From: Gammaproteobacteria bacterium
GTDB taxonomy: Bacteria > Pseudomonadota > Gammaproteobacteria > Eutrophobiales > Eutrophobiaceae
Length of the DNA: 64,000 nucleotides
Direction of reading: 5' to 3'
NCBI GenBank assembly: GCA_965222155.1
Contig: CBDCTH010000012.1
Coordinates: forward strand, 992,001-1,056,000
Below, one piece after another: positions 10,242-19,627 of the stretch. How positions within the stretch are numbered: the stretch's first letter is position 1; every line of letters starts with the position of its first letter. The translations under genes and the position numbers were made by a program. Below the pieces are notes generated by a model that saw nothing but the letters and a program-made list of their open reading frames with translations, did not search any database and was not told the origin of the DNA.

Positions 10242-11225
10242 TCAATCCGCGGGTTTGGGGTCGAAAGATCGGAGCGACAAGACATGCTTCGATAGCTTGG
10301 GGCCTCGCCCGGATTCCGACCAGGGACACACCTCCAGACATATAGCACAGCCATAGTTGTCGCTGAAATAGGGAACACAGCGATCAAAATCAACATACCA
10401 TTTCTTTGTCCCTCTTACCCATTGCTTTTCATCGGCTATGGCCTTGGGTGGGCATGCATTGGTGCAAGCTCGACACTTTATGCACACATCATCTACACCG
10501 ATGTCCTCCTCCTGTTCGATCGCGAGGGGAAGGTCTGTCAAAACTGTAGTCAAACGAACATTACTGCCGTACTCTTTGCAAATCAGCGAACCATGTTTAC
10601 CTAATTGCCCAAGACCTGCACTGATGGCGATTGGGATGTGCAGGTAGCCGGAACTGCTGTTCACCGGTAAACCCAATGCAGGCCAACCAAGAGAACGTAT
10701 ATATCTCGCCAAATCGACAGTCAATCGTGAACACTCCGTATAAACCCGGTTCACCTCCCTGCTTGAACTGACCGTTGGTATATTCAACATTATTTCCCTG
10801 TCCATCGGCATACCTATGGAAATAGCGTACTTATAATCACGGGATACCCCGTCCATTAAATGTTCATCCTGCAGCTCGCAGATGCCTATTATTCCAGCGC
10901 CTAATTCCCGTGCTTTTTCACGAATTCTGCCAGCCATTTTTTGTTTGTCAGTTATCTCCAGCTTCTCGTCAGCGATCTCACCCTGCGGCCGGAAAGCCGA
11001 CCACATATGTTTTAAAATGGGAAACAGCATGCTCAGCGGATATGAGTAGCGAAAATATGTCTGCATGGCCTCCCAGGGAAGTGGTCCTGTTTTCGCCGTT
11101 GAATGGTAAACATACTGCGCTCGGCGTTTGGTTGTCTCACCCAGGCCATTGATTTTGTTACCCGAGACCGGAGGATTCCGGTACTGCACGAAAAAGGGTT
11201 CGGGATATTGTTTTTGTTGTTTCAT
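10242..11225 (-). CDS. Cobalamin/2x[4Fe-4S] reductive-dehalogenase/QueG-like protein
   Basis: ARELGAGIIGI, AGLGQLGKHGSLICKEYGSNVRLTTVLTDLPL, CIKCRACTNACP, DRC...CAICLEVCP; no Tat signal. Confidence 0.8.
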   Translation of the reverse strand: MKQQKQYPEPFFVQYRNPPVSGNKINGLGETTKRRAQYVYHSTAKTGPLPWEAMQTYFRYSYPLSMLFPILKHMWSAFRPQGEIADEKLEITDKQKMAGRIREKARELGAGIIGICELQDEHLMDGVSRDYKYAISIGMPMDREIMLNIPTVSSSREVNRVYTECSRLTVDLARYIRSLGWPALGLPVNSSSGYLHIPIAISAGLGQLGKHGSLICKEYGSNVRLTTVLTDLPLAIEQEEDIGVDDVCIKCRACTNACPPKAIADEKQWVRGTKKWYVDFDRCVPYFSDNYGCAICLEVCPWSESGRGPKLSKHVLSLRSFDPKPAD

Positions 11226-11504
11226 CAGCAAACTACAAATAGAAGGTGCGCCCGACTATCTTGAGATATCTCCGTCGTATACGAAAACATGTGCCGATTA
11301 TGACGTGGCGTATGATGTATTTTATTGCGACGGGAATAAACAGCGACAAAGCCTGAATATTTGATTTTATCTCTTCCCGTGGCAAAACCGGTGTGTGTGT
11401 TTTACTACGCTCAGGTGATCTTGTTTCCTCACCGCTTGTAGTCACAGGCGCTTTCAAAAAAACCTCAAGAGTCAGAAAATTTAAACGATGTTATTCATAA
11501 TTAC

Positions 11505-11748
11505 GTGTCAGGTCAATGTCAGCTACCTGGCACCAGCCGTTCCCGCTAACTCCCGGGAGCTAGGGCATCCTGCCCTCGTGGAGGGCGAGAGGCCCTCCCT
11601 CCCAGGGGAAAATGCCCGTGACTCCTGGGGGACAGATTTAAATCTGTCCCCGCTGTCTTCGAATCCGGCAAGAATCACTGTATTGACTTCGAGTTAGCGG
11701 GAGCACCTGACCTGGCACTTTGTGGATTCCCGCTTGCGCGGGAATGGC
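11505..11748. repeat. Cluster of nested palindromes ending in a REP hairpin
   Basis: GTGTCAGGTCA (11505) / TGACCTGGCAC (11708); TCCCGCTAACTC / GAGTTAGCGGGA; perfect 24-bp palindrome GGGGACAGATTTAAATCTGTCCCC at 11628-11651; REP at 11722-11747. Confidence 0.75.
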
Positions 11749-11789
11749 CGGGTGTATATGCAAAGCCTGAACGCCCCACCATCTTTTGC

Positions 11790-12158
11790 TCAAGTACGAG
11801 TTTTAATCAGGTACGAACGCCTTTGAATTTTGTTCAGCAACCCCATATCCATAATCCACATACACAACAACAACCGCGCACCCGGCTCTATTCCATTGAT
11901 AAAGCTGACCTGGGCATCGGGATTACGCTGCAATTCCTTGAGTGTTCTGATACCGGTGGAAATGCACGCGACAATCTCTTCGTTCAGGTTGAGATCGGCA
12001 ATATCCAGCTCACGCGCCTGCAATACCGTTTCCTGCCCGAACAAAAAAGTCAACTCATCATTCAGGCGTTCATAAGCATCCCTGGACAGGCTAAGGTCTT
12101 CACCGTCCTCGGCTGCCGTTTCTGTTGAGTGTAAATGGGGCGCTGTCTGTTTTGCCAT
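11790..12158 (-). CDS. Hypothetical protein
   Basis: 122-aa ORF with protein-like composition; no motif recognised. Confidence 0.5.
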   Translation of the reverse strand: MAKQTAPHLHSTETAAEDGEDLSLSRDAYERLNDELTFLFGQETVLQARELDIADLNLNEEIVACISTGIRTLKELQRNPDAQVSFINGIEPGARLLLCMWIMDMGLLNKIQRRSYLIKTRT

Positions 12159-12270
12159 ATCTTTCGCCTGTTTCTAACCGCTACTGACGAGTAGTATACC
12201 CCATTGATTTTATGGGGAGCACTAAGGGATAGACCACGAAAGGAGAAAACAGGAAAATAGGTGACAGAAC

Positions 12271-12455
12271 CCGCACTGTCGTCATTCCGGCAAATGCCAG
12301 AATTACCCCGCGCTGTCGTCATTCCGGCAAATGCCAGAATTACCCCGCACTGTCGTCATTCCGGCAAATGCCAGAATTACCCCGCACTGTCGTCATTCCG
12401 GCAAATGCCAGAATTTCCCCGCGCTATCGTCATTCTGGCGAATGCCAGAATCCAG
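12271..12455. repeat. Five tandem copies of a 37-bp REP-containing unit
   Basis: CCGCACTGTCGTCATTCCGGCAAATGCCAGAATTACC starting at 12271, 12308, 12345, 12382, 12419. Confidence 0.95.
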
Positions 12456-12687
12456 TCAAATAAACTTCCTTATAACGTCTACAAAAGTTTATTCCCGTCA
12501 AGCCTGGACGGCGACCGCTTTGTTTCCTTATAGCGATACTGATTTTACCCGGTCGGAATGACTTAAAAAGCGAAGAATCAGCGGAAATATGAGAAATATC
12601 ACATTCCGCAGTAGATACAAACTTTAACAATCTTTGTCTATTCGTCCATACTTATACGGGTTGATGGTCAGATAATTGTTTCACACT

Positions 12688-12957
12688 ATGCACATTTCTC
12701 TTACACCGGAACTTGAGGCCAGGGTTAAATCAAAAGTTGACTCAGGCATGTATAACAATGCCAGTGAAGTTATCCGGGAGGCGCTCAGATTTATGGATCA
12801 GAATGAAAAACTTCTCTACCTGCTTAAAACAGAGCGGTTACGTTACGAGGTAGCACAGGGTGCAATAGAGGCAGAGCAGGGTAAATTCAGTGCGCGCACA
12901 GTAAAAGATATTCTTGATGATATAAATTCATGGTTAGGGATCGATATAGGAATGTAA
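12688..12957 (+). CDS. Orphan ParD-family (RHH) antitoxin, copy 1
   Basis: MHISLTPELEARVKSKVDSGMYNNASEVIREALR; no ParE gene downstream. Confidence 0.85.
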   Translation: MHISLTPELEARVKSKVDSGMYNNASEVIREALRFMDQNEKLLYLLKTERLRYEVAQGAIEAEQGKFSARTVKDILDDINSWLGIDIGM

Positions 12958-12967
12958 AGGACAGACC

Positions 12968-13116
12968 CTGAAAAACCCCACGGAATCACAGTCCCGCTAT
13001 TCCTGCGCAAGCAGGAATCCAGTGGATAATTTATTCCTTATCATAAGGAGGGTTAGTCTACTGGATTCCAGCTTTCGCTGGAATGGCGGGACTACGATTT
13101 CGTGGGGATCCTTCGG
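12968..13116. mobile_element. 149-bp foldback MITE with IS4-like ends, each arm carrying a REP hairpin
   Basis: About 60-bp inverted arms starting CTGAAAAACCCCACGGAATC / CCGAAGGATCCCCACGAAATC, similar to the IS4 IR at 13452; flanked by GGACAGACC and GCTCTGATC. Confidence 0.8.
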
Positions 13117-13253
13117 GCTCTGATCCCTTTTATGATCGATTCTTCGTTCAGTTTTTATACACCGTCAGTGAAAGAGTCATACCCTAATCCAACAACCAGC
13201 TGCCTGACTGTGACCTCCCCCCAAACTTCACATTCACCCATATGATTAGCCAA

Positions 13254-13429
13254 TCAGTAAAACACCCTGGGCTGAAAATCTGCCTGGTTGATGATGCTGG
13301 CGCTGCTGCCAGTGGCCCGGATGATATACAATCCCTGCCTCTCCGCATACACCTCCACAGAATGATCCACCTTCAAGTACGCCACGGCACCTAAGACATT
13401 CCGCCCTTTGAATTCCGGCACCCAACCCG
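13254..13429 (-). pseudogene. 3' fragment duplicate of the coiled-coil/nuclease gene at 41648-42403
   Basis: GWVPEFKGRNVLGAVAYLKVDHSVEVYAERQGLYIIRATGSSASIINQADFQPRVFY is nearly identical to that protein's C-terminus. Confidence 0.9.
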
Positions 13430-13451
13430 CAAGAGAAAACGGGGTCAGACC

Positions 13452-14800
13452 CTGAGTGATCCCCACGAATTTGACGAAAAAAGTGATTCAAACCAATCTC
13501 TTACAAAATAGCTGTAGTGATAGAGGGAACTTGCATGATGAATCGCGATCTGAACAGACGTATTCAATCGTCATCAGAGAGGTCAACACCCTGCAAGTTC
13601 AGTCTATCGTACAACAATTACTTGAGGTTGTCTGTCCCGGCATGCATCGGGTTCGGCGGGCATCACTGGCAGCCAGTGTGCTCGGCGCTCTGCGTGGCTG
13701 ACGCCTGACGGTGACCGCCATCGGACGGGCGTTGCCCGGTGGGACGAGTCAGGAACATGCGATTAAACGGGCAGACCGGTTATTATCGAATCGGCACCTT
13801 CATGGACAGCAGGACACGCACTATCAGGGCCTGTGCCAGCTACTCATTGGGGCGCGCACCCGTCCGGTGTTGCTGGTGGATTGGTCGGACCTGGATGCGC
13901 GCAAACGTCATTACCTGTTGCAGGCGAGTGTGGCGGTGAACGGTCGCTCTGCCACCGTGTATGAAGAGGTGCATACGTTGGCGAGTAAGGACAAGCGGCG
14001 CACGCACCAGGTGTTTCTGCGACAGTTGCAGGCGCTGCTGCCGGTCGGTTGCCGGCCGATTATTGTGACCGATGCGGGCTTTCGCACACCCTGGTTTCAG
14101 CAGGTCGCGGCGTTGGGTTGGGATTGGGTCGGGCGGGTCCGCAACCGGCACAAGATGCGTTGGCGCAGTGGGGGACGCTGGTTTAACACCAACCGCTGTT
14201 ATCAACAGGCGTCCAGCATGGCCCAATACCTGGGTCAGGCAGTCCTGACTCGTTCCAACCCCCTGGTCTGTCAGTTGGTGGTCTATCGGGGCAAAGCCCA
14301 GGGGCGCAAACAGTATACCTGCTCAGGTAACGTGGCTCAGGGTCGCCGCAGTCGCGTCTGTGCCGCCCGCGAGCGGGCACCCTGGTTACTGGCCACCTCC
14401 TTGCCGGTCACCCGCACGCTGGCCCGGCAGGTCGTGCGTCTGTATCGGTTGCGCATGAGCATAGAGGAAGGCTTCCGGGATATGAAAAGCCATCAGTTCG
14501 GCCTGGGTCTGACCTATCACCGCTGCGCCTCGGTCGAACGCTTGCAGGTGTTGGTGTTCATCGCCAGTCTGGCCTTGCTGGTGCTGTGGTTAGTGGGGAC
14601 GGCCACTATCGCACAGGGCGCCCACTATCAATTCCAGGCCAACAGTGTGCGCCACAAACACATTCTCTCAGTGTTGTTCGTGGGCTTGCAAATGGTCCAG
14701 GATAACCGCATCATCCTGGCCATGAAGGCCGCCTGGTCAGCACGCCGTGAGCTGCCTGATGCTCAGCCATGGGCAGCTTGATTTCGTGGGGATCACTCAG
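13452..14800 (+). mobile_element. IS4-family (IS10-like) insertion sequence
   Basis: IRs CTGAGTGATCCCCACGAA(T/A)T at 13452-13471 and 14781-14800; 9-bp flanks GGTCAGACC / GGTCTGACC; DDE transposase inside. Confidence 0.92.
13591..14781 (+). pseudogene. IS4 transposase with in-frame TGA at 13699-13701
   Basis: LQVQSIVQQLLEVVCPGMHRVRRASL...LRG*RLTVTAIGRALPG in one frame; motifs VDWSD, IVTDAGF, YRLRMSIEEGFRDMK. Confidence 0.85.
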
Positions 14801-14809
14801 GGTCTGACC

Positions 14810-14871
14810 CTGAGTGATCCCCACCCAGGTGAGTGCCTGGAAAAGGCAACTGACCGAGCAGGCCAGCGCGG
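14810..14871 (+). mobile_element. Extra IS4 left-end stub fused to an IS3-family orfA scrap
   Basis: CTGAGTGATCCCCAC at 14810-14824 runs into PTQVSAWKRQLTEQASAV. Confidence 0.6.
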
Positions 14872-15040
14872 TGGGCGGCATGAAAAAACTTGACGCAACA
14901 TGCCATCGGTACTATCTTTGCGTTAGCATTCCGAATATGTGGACGCACGAGCTAATCCCCCCGGGACGAGTTGGAAACGCTCCCCGGTGATACTCGTTTA
15001 TGGAGTTCTATGACCACGAAACAGGCAATCTTAGTTATCA

Positions 15041-15613
15041 ATGGGGGGGTCTCCAACTATGTACAGCGAACGTAGAACTGCTCAAATGGCAGCTTTTATG
15101 CTGATTCAGTGTGGTAAACAAATGTCCCACTTGAAACTGATGAAACTGTTGTATCTTGCAGATCGCGAAGCTATAAAACGTTATGGTCGCTCCATCTCGG
15201 AAGATTACGCTGTAGCAATGCCCCATGGCCCGGTCCTTTCAATGACCCTGGATCTCATGAGTGGCAACTGCGATTCAGAAGATGGGGGGTGGGACACGTG
15301 GATATCAGCGAAAGCCGACCACCAAATTTCTCTTTTGGCTGACGCTGAAATTGATGACCTGGATGAGCTAAGCGCTACTGACTTGGAAGTTCTTAATGCG
15401 GTTTGGCAGGAATTCGGCCACATGGATCGTTGGCAAATTCGAGATTGGACTCATGAGAACTGCCCGGAATGGAAAGACCCCAAAGGGTCATCAAATCCAA
15501 TTTCAGAAGAGGACTTGTATAAAGCCGTAGGTTACTCGCCAGAAGCCGCGTCCGAATTGTTGGATGATTTTAAGAATCATCGAGGAATAGATGCTGTCTT
15601 CAGTAATTTGTGA
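15041..15613 (+). CDS. Panacea (DUF4065/SocA-like) antitoxin
   Basis: LKLMKLLYLADR...YGRSISED...AMPHGPVLS...WTHENCPEW. Confidence 0.85.
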   Translation: MGGSPTMYSERRTAQMAAFMLIQCGKQMSHLKLMKLLYLADREAIKRYGRSISEDYAVAMPHGPVLSMTLDLMSGNCDSEDGGWDTWISAKADHQISLLADAEIDDLDELSATDLEVLNAVWQEFGHMDRWQIRDWTHENCPEWKDPKGSSNPISEEDLYKAVGYSPEAASELLDDFKNHRGIDAVFSNL

Positions 15614-16011
15614 GTATATTCGTACCTTACCCTCGAGCTACTATCCTCATACCCTCAGGCCCCACTTCTGACCCTGAGCGTCATCACCTTTTCATTGTTA
15701 TTAACGACCCTGTTCCGCATACCGGAGAGGGAGAAGTTTTGCTTGTATCTGTAAGCACTGTAAAAACGCAAATATATTACGACAAAACCTGCCTGCTAAG
15801 TGCCGGCTCGCATGAATTTATCAATAAGGATAGTTTTATCGATTATGGAAAAGCACGGGTCGAAACTGCTCAAAAGCTCATAGATGGCGTGTTACAAGGA
15901 AAATTCATCCCTAAACAGCCAATGGATGACGAGCCTTTTCAAAGAGTCAAAGCTGGGCTGTCTTCCTCGCCGCATATCAAGAAGAAAATCAAGCGATTTC
16001 TACATCATTAA
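15610..16011 (+). CDS. Putative toxin paired with Panacea (possibly PemK/MazF-like fold)
   Basis: GTGA overlap with the antitoxin; HLFIVINDP...LLVSVST...HEFINKDSFIDY. Confidence 0.6.
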   Translation: MSIFVPYPRATILIPSGPTSDPERHHLFIVINDPVPHTGEGEVLLVSVSTVKTQIYYDKTCLLSAGSHEFINKDSFIDYGKARVETAQKLIDGVLQGKFIPKQPMDDEPFQRVKAGLSSSPHIKKKIKRFLHH

Positions 16012-16016
16012 CACGC

Positions 16017-17144
16017 TTAATCTAGCGCTTTCTTTTTTACCAATTCAAAGCGAACTTTCAATTTATTTAATGCCGTTGCATACTCTATCAGACCCTCATG
16101 CTGCAACCGTCCTACCACAATACCGGGATGGATATTCAACTGAGTAGCGAATTCACAAATTTCATCATGGCTCCCGCTGCTTAAATTATGCAATTCGTGA
16201 TTATAGGCCGGTGGAATTAACATATCCTTCGCCCATCGATTAGCTTCTTCCTCTTGCTGTGAACCCTGGAGAACATTGCCGTGGTCGTCCAGAAAAATAT
16301 CGGCTTTCTGACCCGCGTGCAGAAGAATATGCGCCGCCTCGTGAAAAAAGGTAAACCAGAACTTATCGTTGGATTTACCGTAAAGTGATAACTGAATTAA
16401 CGGACTATGAGCATTGAGCCAACGCGCCACGCCACTGACGTGCGCTCTAGAAATGGCCGCAACAAACACCAGTTTTACGCCTGCAACAGCACAAAATTTG
16501 CGTAGTTGAGGCTCGAATTTTTCTGGTGGTAACACGGTAAGTTCCCGAATTTGCTTGAGCGCGCGTTCAAATCTGATTTTGTTGTATTTTGAGGTCTCCT
16601 GCTTTTCGGCTTCTTTCTCCCCCATGCGTAACCACGAGGTAATAGCCCCGATGTCTGATTGTGATTCGCGGGTACGGCGAAAAGACGCGACCATACCGCC
16701 ATAGTGCATTTGCCACTCATCCGGCGAGGCAACGCCAAAAAAACACAATAAATGCTCCACCAAGTCAGGTTTCACCTTGTTAGTGATGCGCTGGTCAGGG
16801 ATAACACCGGCTTTTTTAAGATCAGCCAATGGTAATTTATCTAGCCAGCCTACCCAGCTTTGACAACGTTTTTGTACGTTCAGCCGCGCTAAACGCTCAC
16901 GGTATTTGGCTTCCCTGTTCAACCAGAAATTCGCGTTTGTTCCCAGCACACGCTCCAACCGTAACGCAGTATCATTCGTCAACGATACCTTTCCTTTGAT
17001 AAGCTGGTTCAGGTGTTTGGCACTGAACCCGAGACGGCGTGCTAAATCTATCTGACTCCAATCTCTTTCTTCCATAAAGTCTACAATCGTATCGCCGGGA
17101 GGAGATACCCAATCCGGGCTGAATGTCTGCTCTTGCTCAATCAT
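16017..17144 (-). CDS. HigA-type Xre HTH antitoxin fused to an ImmA/IrrE metallopeptidase
   Basis: SPPGDTI...WSQIDLARRLG...FWLNRE; FWFTFFHEAAH (HExxH); EEEANRWA. Confidence 0.88.
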   Translation of the reverse strand: MIEQEQTFSPDWVSPPGDTIVDFMEERDWSQIDLARRLGFSAKHLNQLIKGKVSLTNDTALRLERVLGTNANFWLNREAKYRERLARLNVQKRCQSWVGWLDKLPLADLKKAGVIPDQRITNKVKPDLVEHLLCFFGVASPDEWQMHYGGMVASFRRTRESQSDIGAITSWLRMGEKEAEKQETSKYNKIRFERALKQIRELTVLPPEKFEPQLRKFCAVAGVKLVFVAAISRAHVSGVARWLNAHSPLIQLSLYGKSNDKFWFTFFHEAAHILLHAGQKADIFLDDHGNVLQGSQQEEEANRWAKDMLIPPAYNHELHNLSSGSHDEICEFATQLNIHPGIVVGRLQHEGLIEYATALNKLKVRFELVKKKALD

Positions 17145-17469
17145 GATAATCTCCAATAAACGTAATAGTTAACGCAGTAACTTGCGCCCAATCGATACCG
17201 CCATCTTCTTTTCTTGGGATCGGGCTGTGATCCGGTTCAAATACAAGCCGTTTGCCGCCAGCCAGACCTATTGAAAATTGTCCTTGTCTGTCGCCAATCA
17301 GGGGATGCGGCTTTCCCAGTGGCGGCAAATCCAGGACATTGACCGCCGCTTCAATATCGCTGAGCCTGGATTGCAATTTCTTTGCCGAGTCCGCGCCCAG
17401 CTTTCGAACCGCCTCCCGGTTGTTTTCGCAAAGTTTGCGGAGTTTATGGTCATTGAAATTAACCTGCAT
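17137..17469 (-). CDS. HigB/RelE-type toxin
   Basis: KPHPLIGDRQGQFSIGLAGGKRLVFEP...IGDYHD; overlaps the antitoxin start. Confidence 0.85.
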   Translation of the reverse strand: MQVNFNDHKLRKLCENNREAVRKLGADSAKKLQSRLSDIEAAVNVLDLPPLGKPHPLIGDRQGQFSIGLAGGKRLVFEPDHSPIPRKEDGGIDWAQVTALTITFIGDYHD

Positions 17470-17492
17470 TTGATGCATCTTATTATACATTT

Positions 17493-17511
17493 ATTTACCT
17501 GATTGGTAAAT
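17493..17511. promoter_or_regulatory. Palindromic operator of the higBA-like operon
   Basis: ATTTACC-TGATT-GGTAAAT immediately upstream of the toxin gene. Confidence 0.55.
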
Positions 17512-17761
17512 ATTTAATGATATAAAAATTGCCTGTCGTAGATATACCAGCCTGGAAATTTTATTTTTCAGAGGCCATAAACACTGGAGTGCCCCGGCAT
17601 GTTTACCAGTTCACTTAAGGATTTTTTCAAGGGATTGTAACGGAGCTACTCCCGCGACTTATGTCAGCGCGGTCTGACGCGTAATCGTCTCAAAATCTGT
17701 TAGTCCAGATAGTCATGGGCCAGTACGTAGCGAGAGAACGTGGTCTGACCCCTATTTTCCC

Positions 17762-18079
17762 TTAATTTGCCACTACATCCCCACCGGCCCGGTTATCCAC
17801 CAGGACCAGGATATCAAGGTGGGTAACTGTTGGTTCCACACCAAAGACATCCCGGAAGTGCTGAGTGAATGCCGCAGAAAAAAATTCTTCCGCCCGTGCC
17901 TGGGATTCCCAAAGGTAGACGGAATGACCATTACCCGTGGTCTCATCGTAGCAAAATTGCTTGCTCAGTAATCCTGGCAGGTCCTTGAAGATGTTATTGG
18001 CGGCGCCGATAAACTGTTCCAGAATTACCGCGCGGGGTGGCTTGCTGGGTAAGTGATAAGTAACTAAAACCGTTTTCAT
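17762..18079 (-). CDS. YdhR-like monooxygenase-family protein, copy 1
   Basis: LPGLLSKQF...GHSVYLWESQARAEEFF. Confidence 0.75.
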   Translation of the reverse strand: MKTVLVTYHLPSKPPRAVILEQFIGAANNIFKDLPGLLSKQFCYDETTGNGHSVYLWESQARAEEFFSAAFTQHFRDVFGVEPTVTHLDILVLVDNRAGGDVVAN

Positions 18080-18103
18080 AAATTATCTCCGTTTGCGTAT
18101 TTT

Positions 18104-19627
18104 CTATATCAGGTTACTCGACTTTGCATTTGTGACGATATTGCTGCTTACATGTGATGCCCAGGCAGCGATGCTGAGACTTGGAGGGACGCCCAGGGGC
18201 TGAGGAAAGACGGCGGCATCGGTTATATAGAGTCCCGGATGCCCATGTACTTCACCAAAGCCATTGACCACGCCTGATTGCGGATCATCATTTATGCGTG
18301 CGCCCCCCATAGGATGTGCGGTAAACACGGAGCGTTCATCAAATTTGAGTTTCCAGCCGGATTGCTGTTCCAGTGATCGGAAGGCCGCAAAGATGGCTTC
18401 ATAGGCAGGATCAGAATCAAAAGCATAGTTGATATTCAAACGACCGCCATTGTAACTTACGTTACCCTCGGCATTATCCTGGGCCATGGCGACCACCTGG
18501 TATGCGGAACCCGCTTTTCTGCGGACAGTTTTTGCCATAAACCCGGGTACCGGCGGTGGTTCGCCACCAACCAGCAAAAGATACATGTTCTCCTCATGTC
18601 CTTTTATCTTGATACGACCATGTGCGGGTGTACCCGGACAGCTGTCCCGTGGTGGTGTATCGTCGACCTGCCAGTCACCGATGCAGTCGCCATTGACACC
18701 GAAACCACGACCCAGGGCCGGCATAGGCTTGAGTTGCCCCTTTTCCCGGCTTGCCATGAGCAGGCGTAAAGTGTTCATGGTGCCTGCTGCCATGATCACA
18801 ATATCGGCGTTAAAGCTAACCCTGTTTCCTCTTTTCAGATCTTTGGCGTTGATTTGATATTCACCGGATTCCAAACGCTGGATATCGCTGACCTCGTGAC
18901 ACGCCTTAACGGTCAGGCCGCGTTTTAGAGCAGGCAGCAGGTAGAGCGCATCGACTGTCGACTTGGCGCCGCTGGGGCTACCAAACATGCCATGGTGCTG
19001 CTGGTAGTTAATTTTGCTACGCATGATGCCATTGCTATCTGTCTGCACCGGATCACCTTTGACGCCCGGATAGAGAAAACCCATTTGCGGTTTTTCTATA
19101 GCGTCGAGTTCGGTAAAGAAGGGTTTGCCCTGCCAGGCATGTTCGGTTGCGTTGGGTACATGGGCGCTGTCGCCCGGATTACTTGCCGCGAGTTCCTGAC
19201 GTGTCAGGCGATAATGTTCGCGCATCCCTGCATCAGACAGGCCCGTCGCACGCTGATCCCAAAACCCGGTGGGTGAATCTTCCATCACCGCTGCCCAGAT
19301 GTGGCTGCCACCCCCCACATTCGATGTGCATACCACCTTTACTTTGGGTGTAACAAAAATATCCAGGAAGCCGTTCTTGTTCAAAGTTAAACCGTTCCCG
19401 GGGCCGAAGGGCAGGTTGATTGATCGCAGCACGGACAACAAGCCGCCATGTCGGGGCAAAGGTTTACGTTCTTCGATACCTGCGTGCTTAACCGGTATGC
19501 TGTCACGCCAGGGGCCGCGTTCGAGCAAGGTCACGTCAATGCCGGCGTCGACCAGACGTGAGGCAGACACCGAGCCGCCAAATCCACTGCCGATAACCAC
19601 AGCACGCATTGGTTTGTTGCTACTCAT
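18104..19627 (-). CDS. GMC oxidoreductase (cholesterol-oxidase-like)
   Basis: VIGSGFGGSV, LLERG, NVGGGS, TAHPMGGA, GLYITDAAVFP. Confidence 0.88.
   Translation of the reverse strand: MSSNKPMRAVVIGSGFGGSVSASRLVDAGIDVTLLERGPWRDSIPVKHAGIEERKPLPRHGGLLSVLRSINLPFGPGNGLTLNKNGFLDIFVTPKVKVVCTSNVGGGSHIWAAVMEDSPTGFWDQRATGLSDAGMREHYRLTRQELAASNPGDSAHVPNATEHAWQGKPFFTELDAIEKPQMGFLYPGVKGDPVQTDSNGIMRSKINYQQHHGMFGSPSGAKSTVDALYLLPALKRGLTVKACHEVSDIQRLESGEYQINAKDLKRGNRVSFNADIVIMAAGTMNTLRLLMASREKGQLKPMPALGRGFGVNGDCIGDWQVDDTPPRDSCPGTPAHGRIKIKGHEENMYLLLVGGEPPPVPGFMAKTVRRKAGSAYQVVAMAQDNAEGNVSYNGGRLNINYAFDSDPAYEAIFAAFRSLEQQSGWKLKFDERSVFTAHPMGGARINDDPQSGVVNGFGEVHGHPGLYITDAAVFPQPLGVPPSLSIAAWASHVSSNIVTNAKSSNLI

Noticed and set aside
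12271-12455. Possible CRISPR array (37-bp palindromic repeats)
   Set aside because: Units abut with no unique spacers and no cas genes are present; it is a tandem REP repeat.
12062-12630. Short ORFs over the tandem repeat and ParD upstream region
   Set aside because: Open frames arise from the repeat; no recognisable protein features.
13699-13701. In-frame TGA in the IS4 transposase as selenocysteine
   Set aside because: Not in a Cys/redox motif; a nonsense mutation is the simpler explanation.
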